A stretch of DNA of 60,999 bases, filler included. It is 8 parts of 8 records of this genome, joined end to end, with 100 filler letters (N's around TTAATTAATTAA, not from the genome) between each part and the next. Parts side by side here need not be neighbours in the genome. Positions count along the whole stretch, not along the records: positions 8,693 to 17,962 come from SRR31147125_34674; positions 18,063 to 25,525 come from SRR31147125_34727; 6 more parts are not named here. The stretch is one strand, 5' to 3'. Both the position numbers and the translations under genes were made by a program. Positions 10,606-21,401 of this stretch are shown piece by piece; the stretch's first letter is position 1; the number at the start of each line of letters is the position of its first letter. Below the pieces are notes generated by a model. It saw nothing but the letters and a program-made list of their open reading frames with translations. It ran no database searches and was not told the DNA's origin.

Positions 10606-10619
10606 ATGATATATATCAA
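10606..10619. promoter_or_regulatory. FNR-like box upstream of the porin gene
   Basis: ATGAT-ATAT-ATCAA, one mismatch from TTGAT-N4-ATCAA. Confidence 0.4.
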
Positions 10620-10683
10620 GTCAAAACGAATTGAAGCAATTAATCTTGTTCCTACATTTGGTACAAATCAAATCTTATACACT

Positions 10684-11995
10684 ATGAAAACGAATTTTTT
10701 CCAACGAATTTTACTATTCATTTCTATAATTGGATTTACCAGTTTTGCAGCAAATGCAACTGATGGTTACTTTAGTACAGGTTACGGAACCATAAACAAA
10801 GGTTTAGCAGGAGCTGGCATTGCTTATTACCAGGGTTCACTAATTAATGGTAACCCCGCAGGAGTTGTTCATTTGGGAAATAAGTATCACATTGGTGTTG
10901 GCTTGTTTAATCCAAATAGAAAGTTTACAGCCAGTGAAGCTGCCTTCCCCTTTCCTGCAACTTTTGGCTTGGCAGAAGGTACTTCTGAAAGTGGCTCAAA
11001 ATATTTTGTAATCCCCTCTTTGGGAGCTAATTGGATGATTACAGATAATTCTAGTTTTTCTATCGCATTATTTGGAAATGGAGGGATGAATACAACCTTC
11101 GCACCAGGTGGCTTTTACGACCCAACTCCAACTTCAGAATTTACAGGTGTAAATTTAGCACAGCTTTTTTCAAATTTCACATATTCTCTAAAAGTTTCTG
11201 AGAATCACAGCGTCGGGGTGACAGCAACTTTAGGATATCAATATTTCGAAGCTGATGGTCTTGCTATATTTGGACAATTCGGTCTTTCTGCGGATGACAC
11301 CAAGCTCTCAGGGAATGGGAAATCTAATAGTTTTGGTTATGGGTTTAAAGTTGGTTATTTAGGTAAACTTACGGAGACTCTAAGTATTGGTGCTACTTAT
11401 CAGAGTAAAGTTTATATGAGTGAATTTGATGAGTATGCTGGCTTATTTGCAGAAGATGGTGATTTTGATGTTCCCTCAAGCTGGACCGTTGGTTTATCTT
11501 GGAATATAACTGAGAACTTTACTGTTATGGGTGATTTTAAACGGATTAATTACACCGATGTTAAGTCAGTATCTAATCCATTAACCATTGATCCGGAATT
11601 AGGAGTCCCTGCAACACTGTTGGGTGAGGCAAATGGACCTGGATTTGGATGGCAAGATATTAATATTGTAAAGCTTGGATTAGCATATTCAGGTGTTGAT
11701 ACCTGGATATTAAGAGGTGGAGTTTCCTTGGGCGATAACCCAATTCCAGAAACTGAGCTTTTATTCAATATTTTAGCTCCTGGAGTTATTACTAATCAAG
11801 TTTCAGCCGGATTTACTAAAAATCTAGAAAAGAAAAAGAAGAGGAAGTAGAAATAAAGGAGATGGTAAACAACTGCATTTTGCTGTAAATTATGCACTTG
11901 AAAATACTGTTCAAGGAAATAACCCAATGAGTCCTGGCCAAACACTTGAAATTGGAATGAACCAGATTGAGTTGGAAATTGGATTCTCATTCTAA
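10684..11995 (+). CDS. OmpP1/FadL/TodX-family outer membrane transporter (3' frameshifts after about 11825)
   Basis: Signal peptide, ATDGYF..GYG..KGLAGAG and NPAG motifs; downstream frame ends IGMNQIELEIGFSF-stop (C-terminal Phe). Confidence 0.82.
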
Positions 11996-12048
11996 ATCTT
12001 TATTTACAATTGCGATATAAGCGATACTAGCTTATAAGATAATATATA

Positions 12049-12090
12049 ACTGACCGTCTGAAGTTTATTCTTTTGACGGTCAGCTTTTTT
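12049..12090 (+). terminator. Intrinsic terminator
   Basis: CTGACCGTC...GACGGTCAG followed by CTTTTTT. Confidence 0.75.
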
Positions 12091-12289
12091 ATGCTCCAAA
12101 CAAGAAACCAACCATTTACCCCTCAAAGCCTGCCACTCTCAAACCTTAACGCCGTGATACTTTTGTGATAAAAATTTTACGTATTCTTTATCATATCTGA
12201 TGAACCAAACTTTTCAAGAGGCGTTTTAACATATACCACATTTTACCTTTCGCCACTTTACATGTGTCAAATAATTTAAAAATGACCTT

Positions 12290-12772
12290 ATGAAAAAGTG
12301 GTTACTCATATTATTCTCGTTTGCAGGAATACAACTTTCTGCCCAAATTAATAATGTAGAACTGAAGAATATCGATGGAAGGTATATTCAACTAGATAGT
12401 TTTAAAGGAGATAAACTTACCGTTATCGATTTTTGGGCTACCTGGTGTAAACCCTGTGTTGCTGCCATACCCAAAATCAATAAACTTTCAAATGAATTTA
12501 AAAATGAAGGAGTCGCTTTTTGGGGAATCAATATTGACAGCCCTCGCAACCAAGCCAAAGTAAAACCCTTCGTTAAGTCACTAAACATAGGCTATCCCGT
12601 TTTTCTAGATGGAGATCAGGAGCTTATGTCTGACTTAAATGTGAGCGCAATGCCTACGTTGCTAATTCTTGACTCAAAAGGAAAGCTCCAATTCTTTCAC
12701 GAAGGTTTTCAGCCCGGCGATGAAGAGCTGATCAAAAAAGAAATTCAAAAACTGCTTAACAATCAGAAATGA
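12290..12772 (+). CDS. TlpA-family thiol-disulfide oxidoreductase, secreted
   Basis: Signal peptide; DFWATWCKPC; cis-Pro motif AMPT. Confidence 0.9.
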   Translation: MKKWLLILFSFAGIQLSAQINNVELKNIDGRYIQLDSFKGDKLTVIDFWATWCKPCVAAIPKINKLSNEFKNEGVAFWGINIDSPRNQAKVKPFVKSLNIGYPVFLDGDQELMSDLNVSAMPTLLILDSKGKLQFFHEGFQPGDEELIKKEIQKLLNNQK

Positions 12773-14255
12773 AGAAAATCTTAACCATACTATTCTTTAG
12801 TGGACTCGTAATAGCAGGAAAAGCCCAATTATCAGGATACAACTTACTGGAAACCCAAGTTGGGAATATCCCCGGACAAGAACCTGATAATTTTCGGACT
12901 CTTTACGACCAATTCAACATTCAATATCAAACCAAAGGGGTAAAAGCGTTTGTTCGACTGGAGCAATTCTATTCAAATCTGCCAAATGGAGATGAGTATA
13001 CAAAGCTTACCCAATACAGCTTACGCTATCGTAACAACGGATTTGAAGCCAAGCTTGGTAATTTTTACGAAACTCTGGGTCGAGGTCTTTTACTACGTGG
13101 TTATGAAATTAAAAACTCAATTTTTGAAGATCAGATTTACCGTGTGCGGCAGGGATTTTACAAAGATGTTCAGGGAGCTTTTGTACGTTATTCAAACAAG
13201 TGGGTTGAAGTAAAAGCACTCAGGGGGAAAAACCTCACTCCTCAACTTCCTCCAAACCATCCAGAAAACAGAGTAGATTTAGTGACTGCCGGCGAACTTA
13301 CGTTTTTCTTCAAAAACCAGTCTGTTGGAGCAATTTACCTGAACAATGACCATCCTGCTGAACACTCAGAATATTTAAGTTTTTACTTCAATGGAACAAT
13401 TACTGACGGCTTGGACTATTATAGTGAGTTTGCCCACCAAACAAATGGAGAAAGTGAATATCTAAGTTTTAACGAAAAAGCTTCGTATGGAGCTTACCTA
13501 AACCTAAATTATTCAACCCATAATTTCGGAGCCAGTCTGGAATGGAAAGATTATCACAATTTCACAATCGGCTCCGGCTTATCTGATCCTCCCACACTTA
13601 TTAAAGAACACAGTTACAAAACATTAAACAGAAGTACACATGTAAGTGAATTACTTGATGAACGGGGTGTTCAACTTGAACTATTTTATTCAATTGATGA
13701 AAATAATCGTTTGACTTTTAATCATTCAAGAGGTGAAAATAAATTTGTAAATCCGTTCAATTTTGAAGAATATTTTTTGGAGTGGTATGCTGATTTTACG
13801 GCTCTCCAACTGAAATTTTTATTGATTATGCATCGGACGAATTCAAATTGGAAGACAACCGAATTGCAACCGGTCTTTATCTCTCCAAACCTTTAAAATC
13901 GCAATGGATTGCAAGTCTGGAAACTGAATTTCAGCAAATTAAAAGAAGCTTTGGTGAAGACTCCAAAGTAGAAAATTTCTATGTAGGACTTATCTTCAGT
14001 AAATCATCAAAACTTAGTGCTGCATTGGTTTGGGAATTTACCAATGATGAAGTTGTCGCCGACCTTGCTTCAACTGATAAGGTTGAGAAAAGGCAGCATT
14101 ACCTAAGCACTAATTTATCATACAAACCAAATAACAAAAACACAATACAGCTTTTTGCAGGACAACGACGTGGAGGTCCGGCATGCACTTCAGGAGTTTG
14201 CTACGAAGTTCTTGATTTTAAAGGAATGGAACTACGATGGACAAAACGATTTTAA
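12769..14255 (+). CDS. Putative outer-membrane beta-barrel, DUF6029-like (frameshift near 13815-13820)
   Basis: Signal peptide; GNFYETLGRGLLLRGYE; C-terminal GQRRGGPACTSGVCYEV...TKRF; ATGA overlap with tlpA; split into ORFs 12769-13896 and 13848-14255. Confidence 0.7.
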
Positions 14256-14272
14256 CTTAAAAACAAATTATT

Positions 14273-15040
14273 ATGAAAACATTATTTACATTATTTTTAG
14301 CCATATCAATCATAACCTCTTTTGCTCAGAATGAAGGCGAAACAGCACCCGACTTTACCCTGGAACAACTGAGTGGTGGCGATTTTAAACTTTCTGAGCA
14401 AACAGGGAAAGTGGTCTTTATTTTCTGGATGGGTTATGACTGTTCGCTTTGCAGGGCTGTTGCTCCTTCAGTTAAATCAGAAATTATTGATACTTTCAAT
14501 TCAAACTCAAACTTTGTTGCTATTGGAATTGATACCTGGAACGGAAGCTCCTCTGGAGTAAACACATTCAAATCTCAAACAGGATTAGATATCAACTATC
14601 TACTGAAAGGATCGGGTATTGCAAATAATTACGGCACAACCTATGATCGACTTGCAGTAATTGACAAAAACGGAATTCTGGTTCACAAAGGAACAACTAT
14701 TGCCAGCAGTGATTTATCAAATACTAAAGATGTCATTTCAACAGCATTGAGTGTAGCTACCGGTGTAGATGAATTGAATGAAAACCTTACTGTTTTCAGA
14801 AATTATCCAAATCCATTTAACAATCAAACAACAATTCAATTTCAAGTTGAAAATTCTTCATATGTTAGCATAGATTTATATGATATTTCCGGGGGGAAAA
14901 TTAGAGAAATAACAAATAGACAATACCCATCTGGAGGTCATCATATTTCTTTTTCAAAAGGAAACCTTGTAGAAGGTCTATACTTTCTTCGGCTTAAAAA
15001 TGATAACTTTATAACAGCTCGCAAAATGGTTATACATTAA
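14273..15040 (+). CDS. Redoxin-domain protein with T9SS type A C-terminal sorting domain
   Basis: APDFTL, CSLC active site, C-terminal NYPNPF...GLYFLRL...RKMVIH. Confidence 0.85.
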   Translation: MKTLFTLFLAISIITSFAQNEGETAPDFTLEQLSGGDFKLSEQTGKVVFIFWMGYDCSLCRAVAPSVKSEIIDTFNSNSNFVAIGIDTWNGSSSGVNTFKSQTGLDINYLLKGSGIANNYGTTYDRLAVIDKNGILVHKGTTIASSDLSNTKDVISTALSVATGVDELNENLTVFRNYPNPFNNQTTIQFQVENSSYVSIDLYDISGGKIREITNRQYPSGGHHISFSKGNLVEGLYFLRLKNDNFITARKMVIH

Positions 15041-15164
15041 ATGTAGGAGAACTGAACGATCCAAAGATCGCCTGATCTCTTTTCCCGAAAAAAAGTTAAA
15101 AGCAGTTAAGCTTTGTTAGTTTAAGTCAATGATCCAGGGAAATCCTTATTTTTGTGGCTCAATC

Positions 15165-15938
15165 ATGAAAAAGCTACTTCTTATATCATCTTTTATTTTA
15201 ATTGCCTCAATTTTGCTTCAGGTAAATGCGCAAGATTTGGCAGATATTGATCCCATTCCTATTCATTTAAAAGGGAAGGTTGTTAACAAAGATGATGGAT
15301 CGCCAATTCCTTATGCTCATATTGTAAATATGCGAACTCATGGAGGAACAACGACAGATGCACGTGGAAATTTCTCGATGGAAATGCTGAATGTAGACAG
15401 CCTAGGACTATCTGCAATGGGCTATATGAAAGAATACATTAAAATTCCTCCTTATCTTCCTGAGGACAGTGTTTTTGTAATTTTTGCAAACCCAATCCGA
15501 TATGCGATCCGCGAAGTAAAAGTAAAAGGTGAAGCCAATAAAGTTGACATGGAAGGTGTTGGCACCGGAAAACCAGTTGATATTGCCCCGGAACTTAGAG
15601 GCGATTCCTACAACACAAAGCCACCATGGTATGCTGCAATTTTTTCTCCAGCCTCCTTTCTTCAGTATCACCTAAGCAAAAAAGAAAAGGAAAAGCGAAA
15701 AACAAGAACTGCAATAATGGATGAGAAACGTTGGGACTTCATTTCTCAATATTACAACAAAGAGATGGTCATGACTCTTACTGGGCTGAATGAAATGGAT
15801 GCTGACACATTCATGATTTATTTTAACTCGAAAGGAATACTCAATTATACCAACAATGATTATCAGGTTCGTGAAGCCATACTCCAGGAGTATGATCTTT
15901 TCAAAAAAGAGAAACTAGAAATCCTGAATAATAGATAA
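15165..15938 (+). CDS. Carboxypeptidase-regulatory-like domain protein
   Basis: LKGKVV..PIPYAHI..GTTTDARGNFS..SAMGY; Bacteroidota TAnnTTTG box at 15147-15154 supports start 15165. Confidence 0.75.
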   Translation: MKKLLLISSFILIASILLQVNAQDLADIDPIPIHLKGKVVNKDDGSPIPYAHIVNMRTHGGTTTDARGNFSMEMLNVDSLGLSAMGYMKEYIKIPPYLPEDSVFVIFANPIRYAIREVKVKGEANKVDMEGVGTGKPVDIAPELRGDSYNTKPPWYAAIFSPASFLQYHLSKKEKEKRKTRTAIMDEKRWDFISQYYNKEMVMTLTGLNEMDADTFMIYFNSKGILNYTNNDYQVREAILQEYDLFKKEKLEILNNR

Positions 15939-16081
15939 ATCCATTTTCATTCTTTTAATCCAATAATTTATATCCTTATTACCCTAGCTTGCGAATGAGC
16001 TTTTCTCCTACTATATTCGCATCAGGTTGAAGTTTCCAAGAAACCAATCAAAAAATAGTAACAGCTGAAAAATCTAAACCA

Positions 16082-17359
16082 ATGGGAAATCAAAAAAGGT
16101 TCATCTTAATCCTTTTGTCTATTCTGTCGATATTCATTTTTACAAAGGCTAATTTTGCACAAGAAGATTCTAAAAATTGGACAGATTACAGAGGTCCAGA
16201 AAGAGATGGCAAGAGTAACGCGCAAAATATTCCGGTATCATGGAACGACTCAACAAATGTAGACTGGCAAACTCCAATCTCTGGACAAGGATGGTCTTCC
16301 CCAATCATTTTAGATAATAAAATATGGCTAACAACAGCATGTTTAGAAGGGAAAGAGCTTCGGCTATTATCGATTAATGCCAACACCGGAGAGATTGGAC
16401 AAGACCTTAAATTATTTGAAAAAGATAGCCTACAGAAACAACATCCGCTAAACAGCTTTGCATCACCAACTCCCGCAATAGATAAAGAGAGGGTTTATGC
16501 TCATTTTGGAGCTTATGGAACTGCATGTGTTAATACTGAATCTGGAGAAACAATTTGGGAAAGAACTGATTTTCATTGTGAACATGAAGTCGGTCCAGGC
16601 TCCTCTCCCTTTTTATATAAAGATCTTTTGATTCTTACTTTTGATGGAACAGACGTCCAGTTCTTGGTAGCTTTAAACAAACACACAGGAGAAACCGTGT
16701 GGAAAACGACACGAGATGTTATGCTGGATGAACTTCCACGAACTAACAGAAAAGCATTTACAACACCAATTATTGCTGAAGTAAATGGCAAGGATCAACT
16801 AATTAGCGTAGGTCCTCATGCAGTAATGGGATACGAACCACTAACAGGAAATCAAATCTGGAGAGCTAATTTTAAAGGGTTCTCGGCCTCGGCACGCCCT
16901 GTTGTTGCGGATGGTATGTTATTCTTTAATTCGGGGTTTAGTTTCTCATCCATTGTTGCTTTGCGCCTTGGAGGAGAAGGAGATATCACGAATAATATCA
17001 TTTGGAGCAATAAAAAGAGCAATCAGGCTAGAGGATCTGCATTATACATCGATGGTTTACTTTACATGATAAACACAGGAGGACAAGCAAAATGCTTCGT
17101 AGCAGAAACCGGTGAATTACTATGGACTGCACGAGTAGGGAAGCAAACATCAGCCTCTCCAATTTATGTAGGAGGTAAAATATACACCTTTGATGAAAGT
17201 GGACTAACAACGATTTTTAAGCCCGGAAAAGAATTTCAGAAAATAGAAGAAAATCAATTGCCCGAAGGTTTTATGGCATCGCCAGCAATCATCGATAACG
17301 CATTGTTCCTTCGCACAAAAACTCATCTATATAAGATTGCTCAAGAACTATCGGAGTAA
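16082..17359 (+). CDS. PQQ-binding-like (BamB-like) beta-propeller protein
   Basis: NWTDYRGP, GWSSP, ASPTP and repeated TGE..W blades, MASPAI. Confidence 0.82.
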   Translation: MGNQKRFILILLSILSIFIFTKANFAQEDSKNWTDYRGPERDGKSNAQNIPVSWNDSTNVDWQTPISGQGWSSPIILDNKIWLTTACLEGKELRLLSINANTGEIGQDLKLFEKDSLQKQHPLNSFASPTPAIDKERVYAHFGAYGTACVNTESGETIWERTDFHCEHEVGPGSSPFLYKDLLILTFDGTDVQFLVALNKHTGETVWKTTRDVMLDELPRTNRKAFTTPIIAEVNGKDQLISVGPHAVMGYEPLTGNQIWRANFKGFSASARPVVADGMLFFNSGFSFSSIVALRLGGEGDITNNIIWSNKKSNQARGSALYIDGLLYMINTGGQAKCFVAETGELLWTARVGKQTSASPIYVGGKIYTFDESGLTTIFKPGKEFQKIEENQLPEGFMASPAIIDNALFLRTKTHLYKIAQELSE

Positions 17360-17457
17360 TTTAAAACTTGTGATTTAACCTGTAAATAATAGCTCTGCTT
17401 TTTTATCTGGTTTATTTCCTTAAAATTCCGACCTTTACAGAGATTTTTATTGAATAT

Positions 17458-17962
17458 ATGAAGAAAGATTTTAAATCCGACAAGGATTATCATTTCAGCA
17501 AAGACGATTCACAAAATGATGAATCCTCAACAAGCAGAAAAAATTAGAGGTTCTAAAAAAGTTAGATCGTGAAATCCGACTCAACAAGTTTATCGCTAAT
17601 GCCGGGGTTTGTTCTCGTCGTGAAGCAGATGATCTTATTGAGAAAGGGGAAATTCAAGTTAATGGGAAAGTAGTTACAGCTCTTGGTCAAAAGATTACTT
17701 TGAAAGATAAGGTGACTTACAAAGGACAAATTCTCGACATCGAGAAAAAGGTTTACCTTCTTTTGAATAAACCTAAAGGTTTCGTCACAACAGTTGATGA
17801 CCCTCATGCAGAAAAAACCGTTATGCAATTGGTTGACAGTGCCTGCGAGGAACGAATTTATCCGGTAGGAAGACTTGATAAAGAAACAACAGGATTACTT
17901 CTTTTACCAACGATGGCGATTTGGCAAAAAAACTCACCCACCCCAGCTACGAAAAGAAAAAA
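17458..17962 (+). CDS. RluB/RsuA-family rRNA pseudouridine synthase, partial with frameshifts
   Basis: S4 domain IRLNKFIANAGVCSRREAD; LNKPKG; catalytic VGRLDKETTGLLL; truncated by the linker. Confidence 0.88.
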
Positions 17963-18062
17963 NNNNNNNNNNNNNNNNNNNNNNNNNNNNNNNNNNNNNN
18001 NNNNNNTTAATTAATTAANNNNNNNNNNNNNNNNNNNNNNNNNNNNNNNNNNNNNNNNNNNN
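17963..18062. other. Artificial contig linker
   Basis: N44-TTAATTAATTAA-N44. Confidence 0.97.
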
Positions 18063-18107
18063 CAACACGCCAACAACACGCCAACAACACGCTAACAACA
18101 CGCCAAC
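18063..18107 (+). repeat. Intronic 11-bp tandem repeat (CAACACGCCAA x4)
   Basis: Directly visible, one variant unit; ends just before the TTTACAG acceptor at 18118. Confidence 0.85.
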
Positions 18108-18118
18108 CACCTTTACAG

Positions 18119-19515
18119 ACACCTCTTCACGTGGCCGTAAACGAGTCCTTCCCCGACATTGTTCAGCTGCTGGTTGGTTCCTGCCCTCTCTCTCTCTCTC
18201 CTCTCTCCTCTTTCCTCTCTCCTCTCCTCCTCCCTCATGCCGTACTGTAGCTCAAACGTGGAGCGTTCGTCAATGCAACCGACCGTGTGGGCCACACACC
18301 TCTCCTGGGCGCCGTCATCCAACGAGATTCGGAGATGGTGTCACTCCTGTGTACACACCACGCTGATCCTACTTTGGCGGTACGATGGGGTGGGAAAGTG
18401 TTCTTTGAGTGGATAGTACACTCATGGAGGAGGCAGGACAAGAGTGGTGACACTCCTCTCCACTGGGCCGCTCGTCTCGCTTCGGAGGATGACGTGGTGG
18501 ACGTCTTGCTTGCGCACAAGGCCCACGTGAACGCGATAAATGAGGCAAAGGACACACCGTTGCATATTGCTGCCGCGGAGGGTCAGGGATCGATTGTGGC
18601 TCTTCTGCTCAAGGTGCCAGCCACATTCCTCCTCTATTGAAGTGCAATTCTTACTGTGAAAGACACTCAGCATGGTGCCGATCCTAATTTGCATGATCGC
18701 GCGGGCAACACACCACTCTACGTGGCCCTGAGTGGAGATCACGAAGAGGTTGTGGAACTGCTGGAGAAGGGGAGTGGGAAATTGGATGTGTGCACGAATG
18801 TGTGTGGCGAATTGATGTGATGACAAGAATGGACGGATTTGATGGATGGACACACGTTTAGGAGGGCAACACCTTCCTCCATCTGGCGGCCAAGGAGGGA
18901 AACGTCAAGGCTGTACGCCATTTGTTGGAGAAGGGCGTTGCGATTGCCTGTGCGAATGAGAATGGTAAGATCCCTACAGATGGGGAGAGTGGATGGGGTC
19001 CTTGACACACAGGAGTGTAGGAGACACAGCGCTTCACTTTGCATACGAGTACGGACATGATGATGTTGTTCATCTACTGATAGCCCAAGGGGTGAGAGAC
19101 TGCTGTGCATGCCATCCCATTTGATGTGTGTACAGGCTGATGCATCAGCCCGAAATAACAAGGGATTGACACCTGCTGAGGCACGTGAAAAGGTATGCAC
19201 ATCCACACCAAGATTCCCCGTCTATCTCATTGTGTACACTCTCACCAGGTCCATGAGGAAGCTGTAGCTGCTCAACGCGAGAAGATGGTTGCTGAGAGGG
19301 AAAAGGAGGCCAAACAAGCAGAATTCGCTCGGAAACGTGGTTTGTTTGGCTGTTTGCTCCTTCTCTCCTATTCCCCCTGATCTCATCTTCACTCAGCGGG
19401 CCTAGTCCCCCACGACGATGGACCGAGACGTCTCACGATCTCACAGTTGTTTGTTGTATTGACTCTCTCTCTCTCTCTTATCATTCCCCTGCTGTCCCTC
19501 TTCCAATCCAAATGA
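18119..19515 (+). CDS. Eukaryotic spliced ankyrin-repeat coding region (5' truncated; probably continuous with CHMP7)
   Basis: GT-AG introns 18173-18250, 18380-18436, 18614-18670, 18800-18861, 18965-19020, 19092-19135, 19193-19248, 19340-19396 give one frame with TPLHVA, TPLLGA, TPLHWA, TPLHIA, TPLYVA, TFLHLA, TALHFA repeats and a charged helix. Confidence 0.88.
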
Positions 19516-21294
19516 AGGGAATCCATACAGAGGAGTTGTCACAGCAATGGGGGACGTATCTCGCGTCGCTAGGGGAGTGGCAGGACGATGCGAAGATGGG
19601 TGGTACGTCCGTCCACACGACAGCGCGACTTCCGCCCCCACCCGTCTTTCTAGCCATGATGTTTATGGACTTCTCGGAGAATATGAAGCGGTGTCAACCT
19701 GCCCAGTACACCAAACGGTACGATCATCGTCGCCCAACGAAGGAGTCTTCGAACTTAGTGGCGTTGGGTTTGGAGTGTGGATTTCTGGTGGAACGTCGTG
19801 TACGGCGGGTGTATGGAGCTCAGGGAGTGTGTGGTTGCAACGGAGGGGCTTATAAGGCGATGCACCCGAAAGGGAGTGGCCCCTCGTGAGGTGTTGCGCA
19901 CGTCTTTGGTGCGGGATTGGAGGCACTGCATGCGCACCCACCCACCCATCCATCTCCATACCACGTCAATCAGATGGAGTGGAAGAAGAGTGGCCAAGTG
20001 GTGCCGTTTGATGTGTTTGTACAGCCACAAGGACAAGACCGTGCTTGGGTGTGTCTGTGCATGATTCAGAAGAGAAGAAGAGAGAATTAACCAACGGGTT
20101 AGTGGTCCGAATGGCTGACACAGGTGATGGAACGTCTTAGCCTCTTTTCGTCTTCTCGAGACGTTACTGAGGAACGCTATGTGGTTGTACCCGTTGCAAA
20201 AGTGTGTGCGTGGGTGGAGGGAGGGTGAATTCCGGGAATCCTCATTGTGTCGACATCAGCGACTTGCCACAAAGCTCTACGACACATGCATAGATCGAGC
20301 CGATCTTGTAATCACCACACGAACGTTACAGAGAGAGTTTTCTGTTGATGGGGATACATTGAACGCACTCCTGGCGTGGTTGGAGAGAGAGAAGAAAGTT
20401 TGTTTGTTTGAATACTCGACCGAGAAGGTGAGCGAACCACCAACTCATCAACCTCATGTGATGTGTTCCAGTTTGTCAAGTTTCTTGATCGTGCGGCAGC
20501 GAGCTCTGTAGTCACAGAGGCGGATTTGGGTATTGGTCATCTGTTGGTGACGATGGAGCGTTTGCAGACACAAGTTGCACGACTCAAGGGCGAAATCAAA
20601 CAGTGTGTGTATGTGCGTGCAGCTTTCTCTGAAATCTTGTGTCCTAGAAAGGAAGAATTGGCTCGTAAGGCCCTGCGGGAAGGAAATCGCGGAGAAGCCA
20701 AGATACATCTTGCACGACGGAAATTCCTGGACACGAAATTCTGCAAGAGCTGGTCTGCCATGTTGGAGAACCTGGAAACCGTTCTGATGACAATCCGAAA
20801 CGCTCAGGCAGACAATGAGGTCTGCGGGGCACACCCTCCCCCGATGCATGTGTACTCATATCGATTCGAATAAGGTGCTTGTGGCGTTGCAACACGGGAC
20901 CCAAGCCCTTCGCTCCTTCACAAAGGAAAGCGGTCTGACTCCTGAACGAGTACGTTTCTGACGGGAGTATTTGCACGTGCCGACCCATGTTTGCTGTCAG
21001 GTGGAGCAAGTGCACGAAGAACTAGCGGAGAGCCTGGATTTCGCACAAGAGATCAATGAGGCACTGGCCAGTGCCCAAAGAAGTGCGTATTGGAGTGTGG
21101 TATCTTGTTGCCCACCCCGAGCAGCACTGGATGTCGATCAATTCGATGAAGAAGAGCTCGAGAAGGAGCTTGCTGTTCTCTGTCAGACCCTTCCGTCCTG
21201 GAATTTCCCTCCACACCTGACACAGTTCCCACGTCAGGCACACCAAGCTCACACACGGCCCCACGTGCCCTCCTTGAAGCATAATACACTGTAA
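19512..21294 (+). CDS. CHMP7: CHMP7-like ESCRT-II/III hybrid protein, spliced
   Basis: Spliced translation EWQDDAKMGAMMFMDF...VDFWWNVV...RKGVAP...LLAWLEREKKV...FVKF...VTEADLGIGHL...ARKALREGNRGEAKIHL...LENLETVLMTIRNAQADNEVL...FDEEELEKEL follows the recalled CHMP7 winged-helix + Snf7 layout; about 10 short introns. Confidence 0.85.
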
Positions 21295-21401
21295 AATACA
21301 CAATGCATGCGTTGCGGTGGCGAGATTGTGCTTTCTACCATCAGCAGTACATTGAAAGGAAAATGCACATATTGTTGATTGTACTGAAGTCCCAATCCCA
21401 A

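Noticed and set aside
18063-18107. Tandem repeat as CRISPR array or telomere
   Set aside because: 11-bp units without spacers, lying inside an intron just before a splice acceptor.
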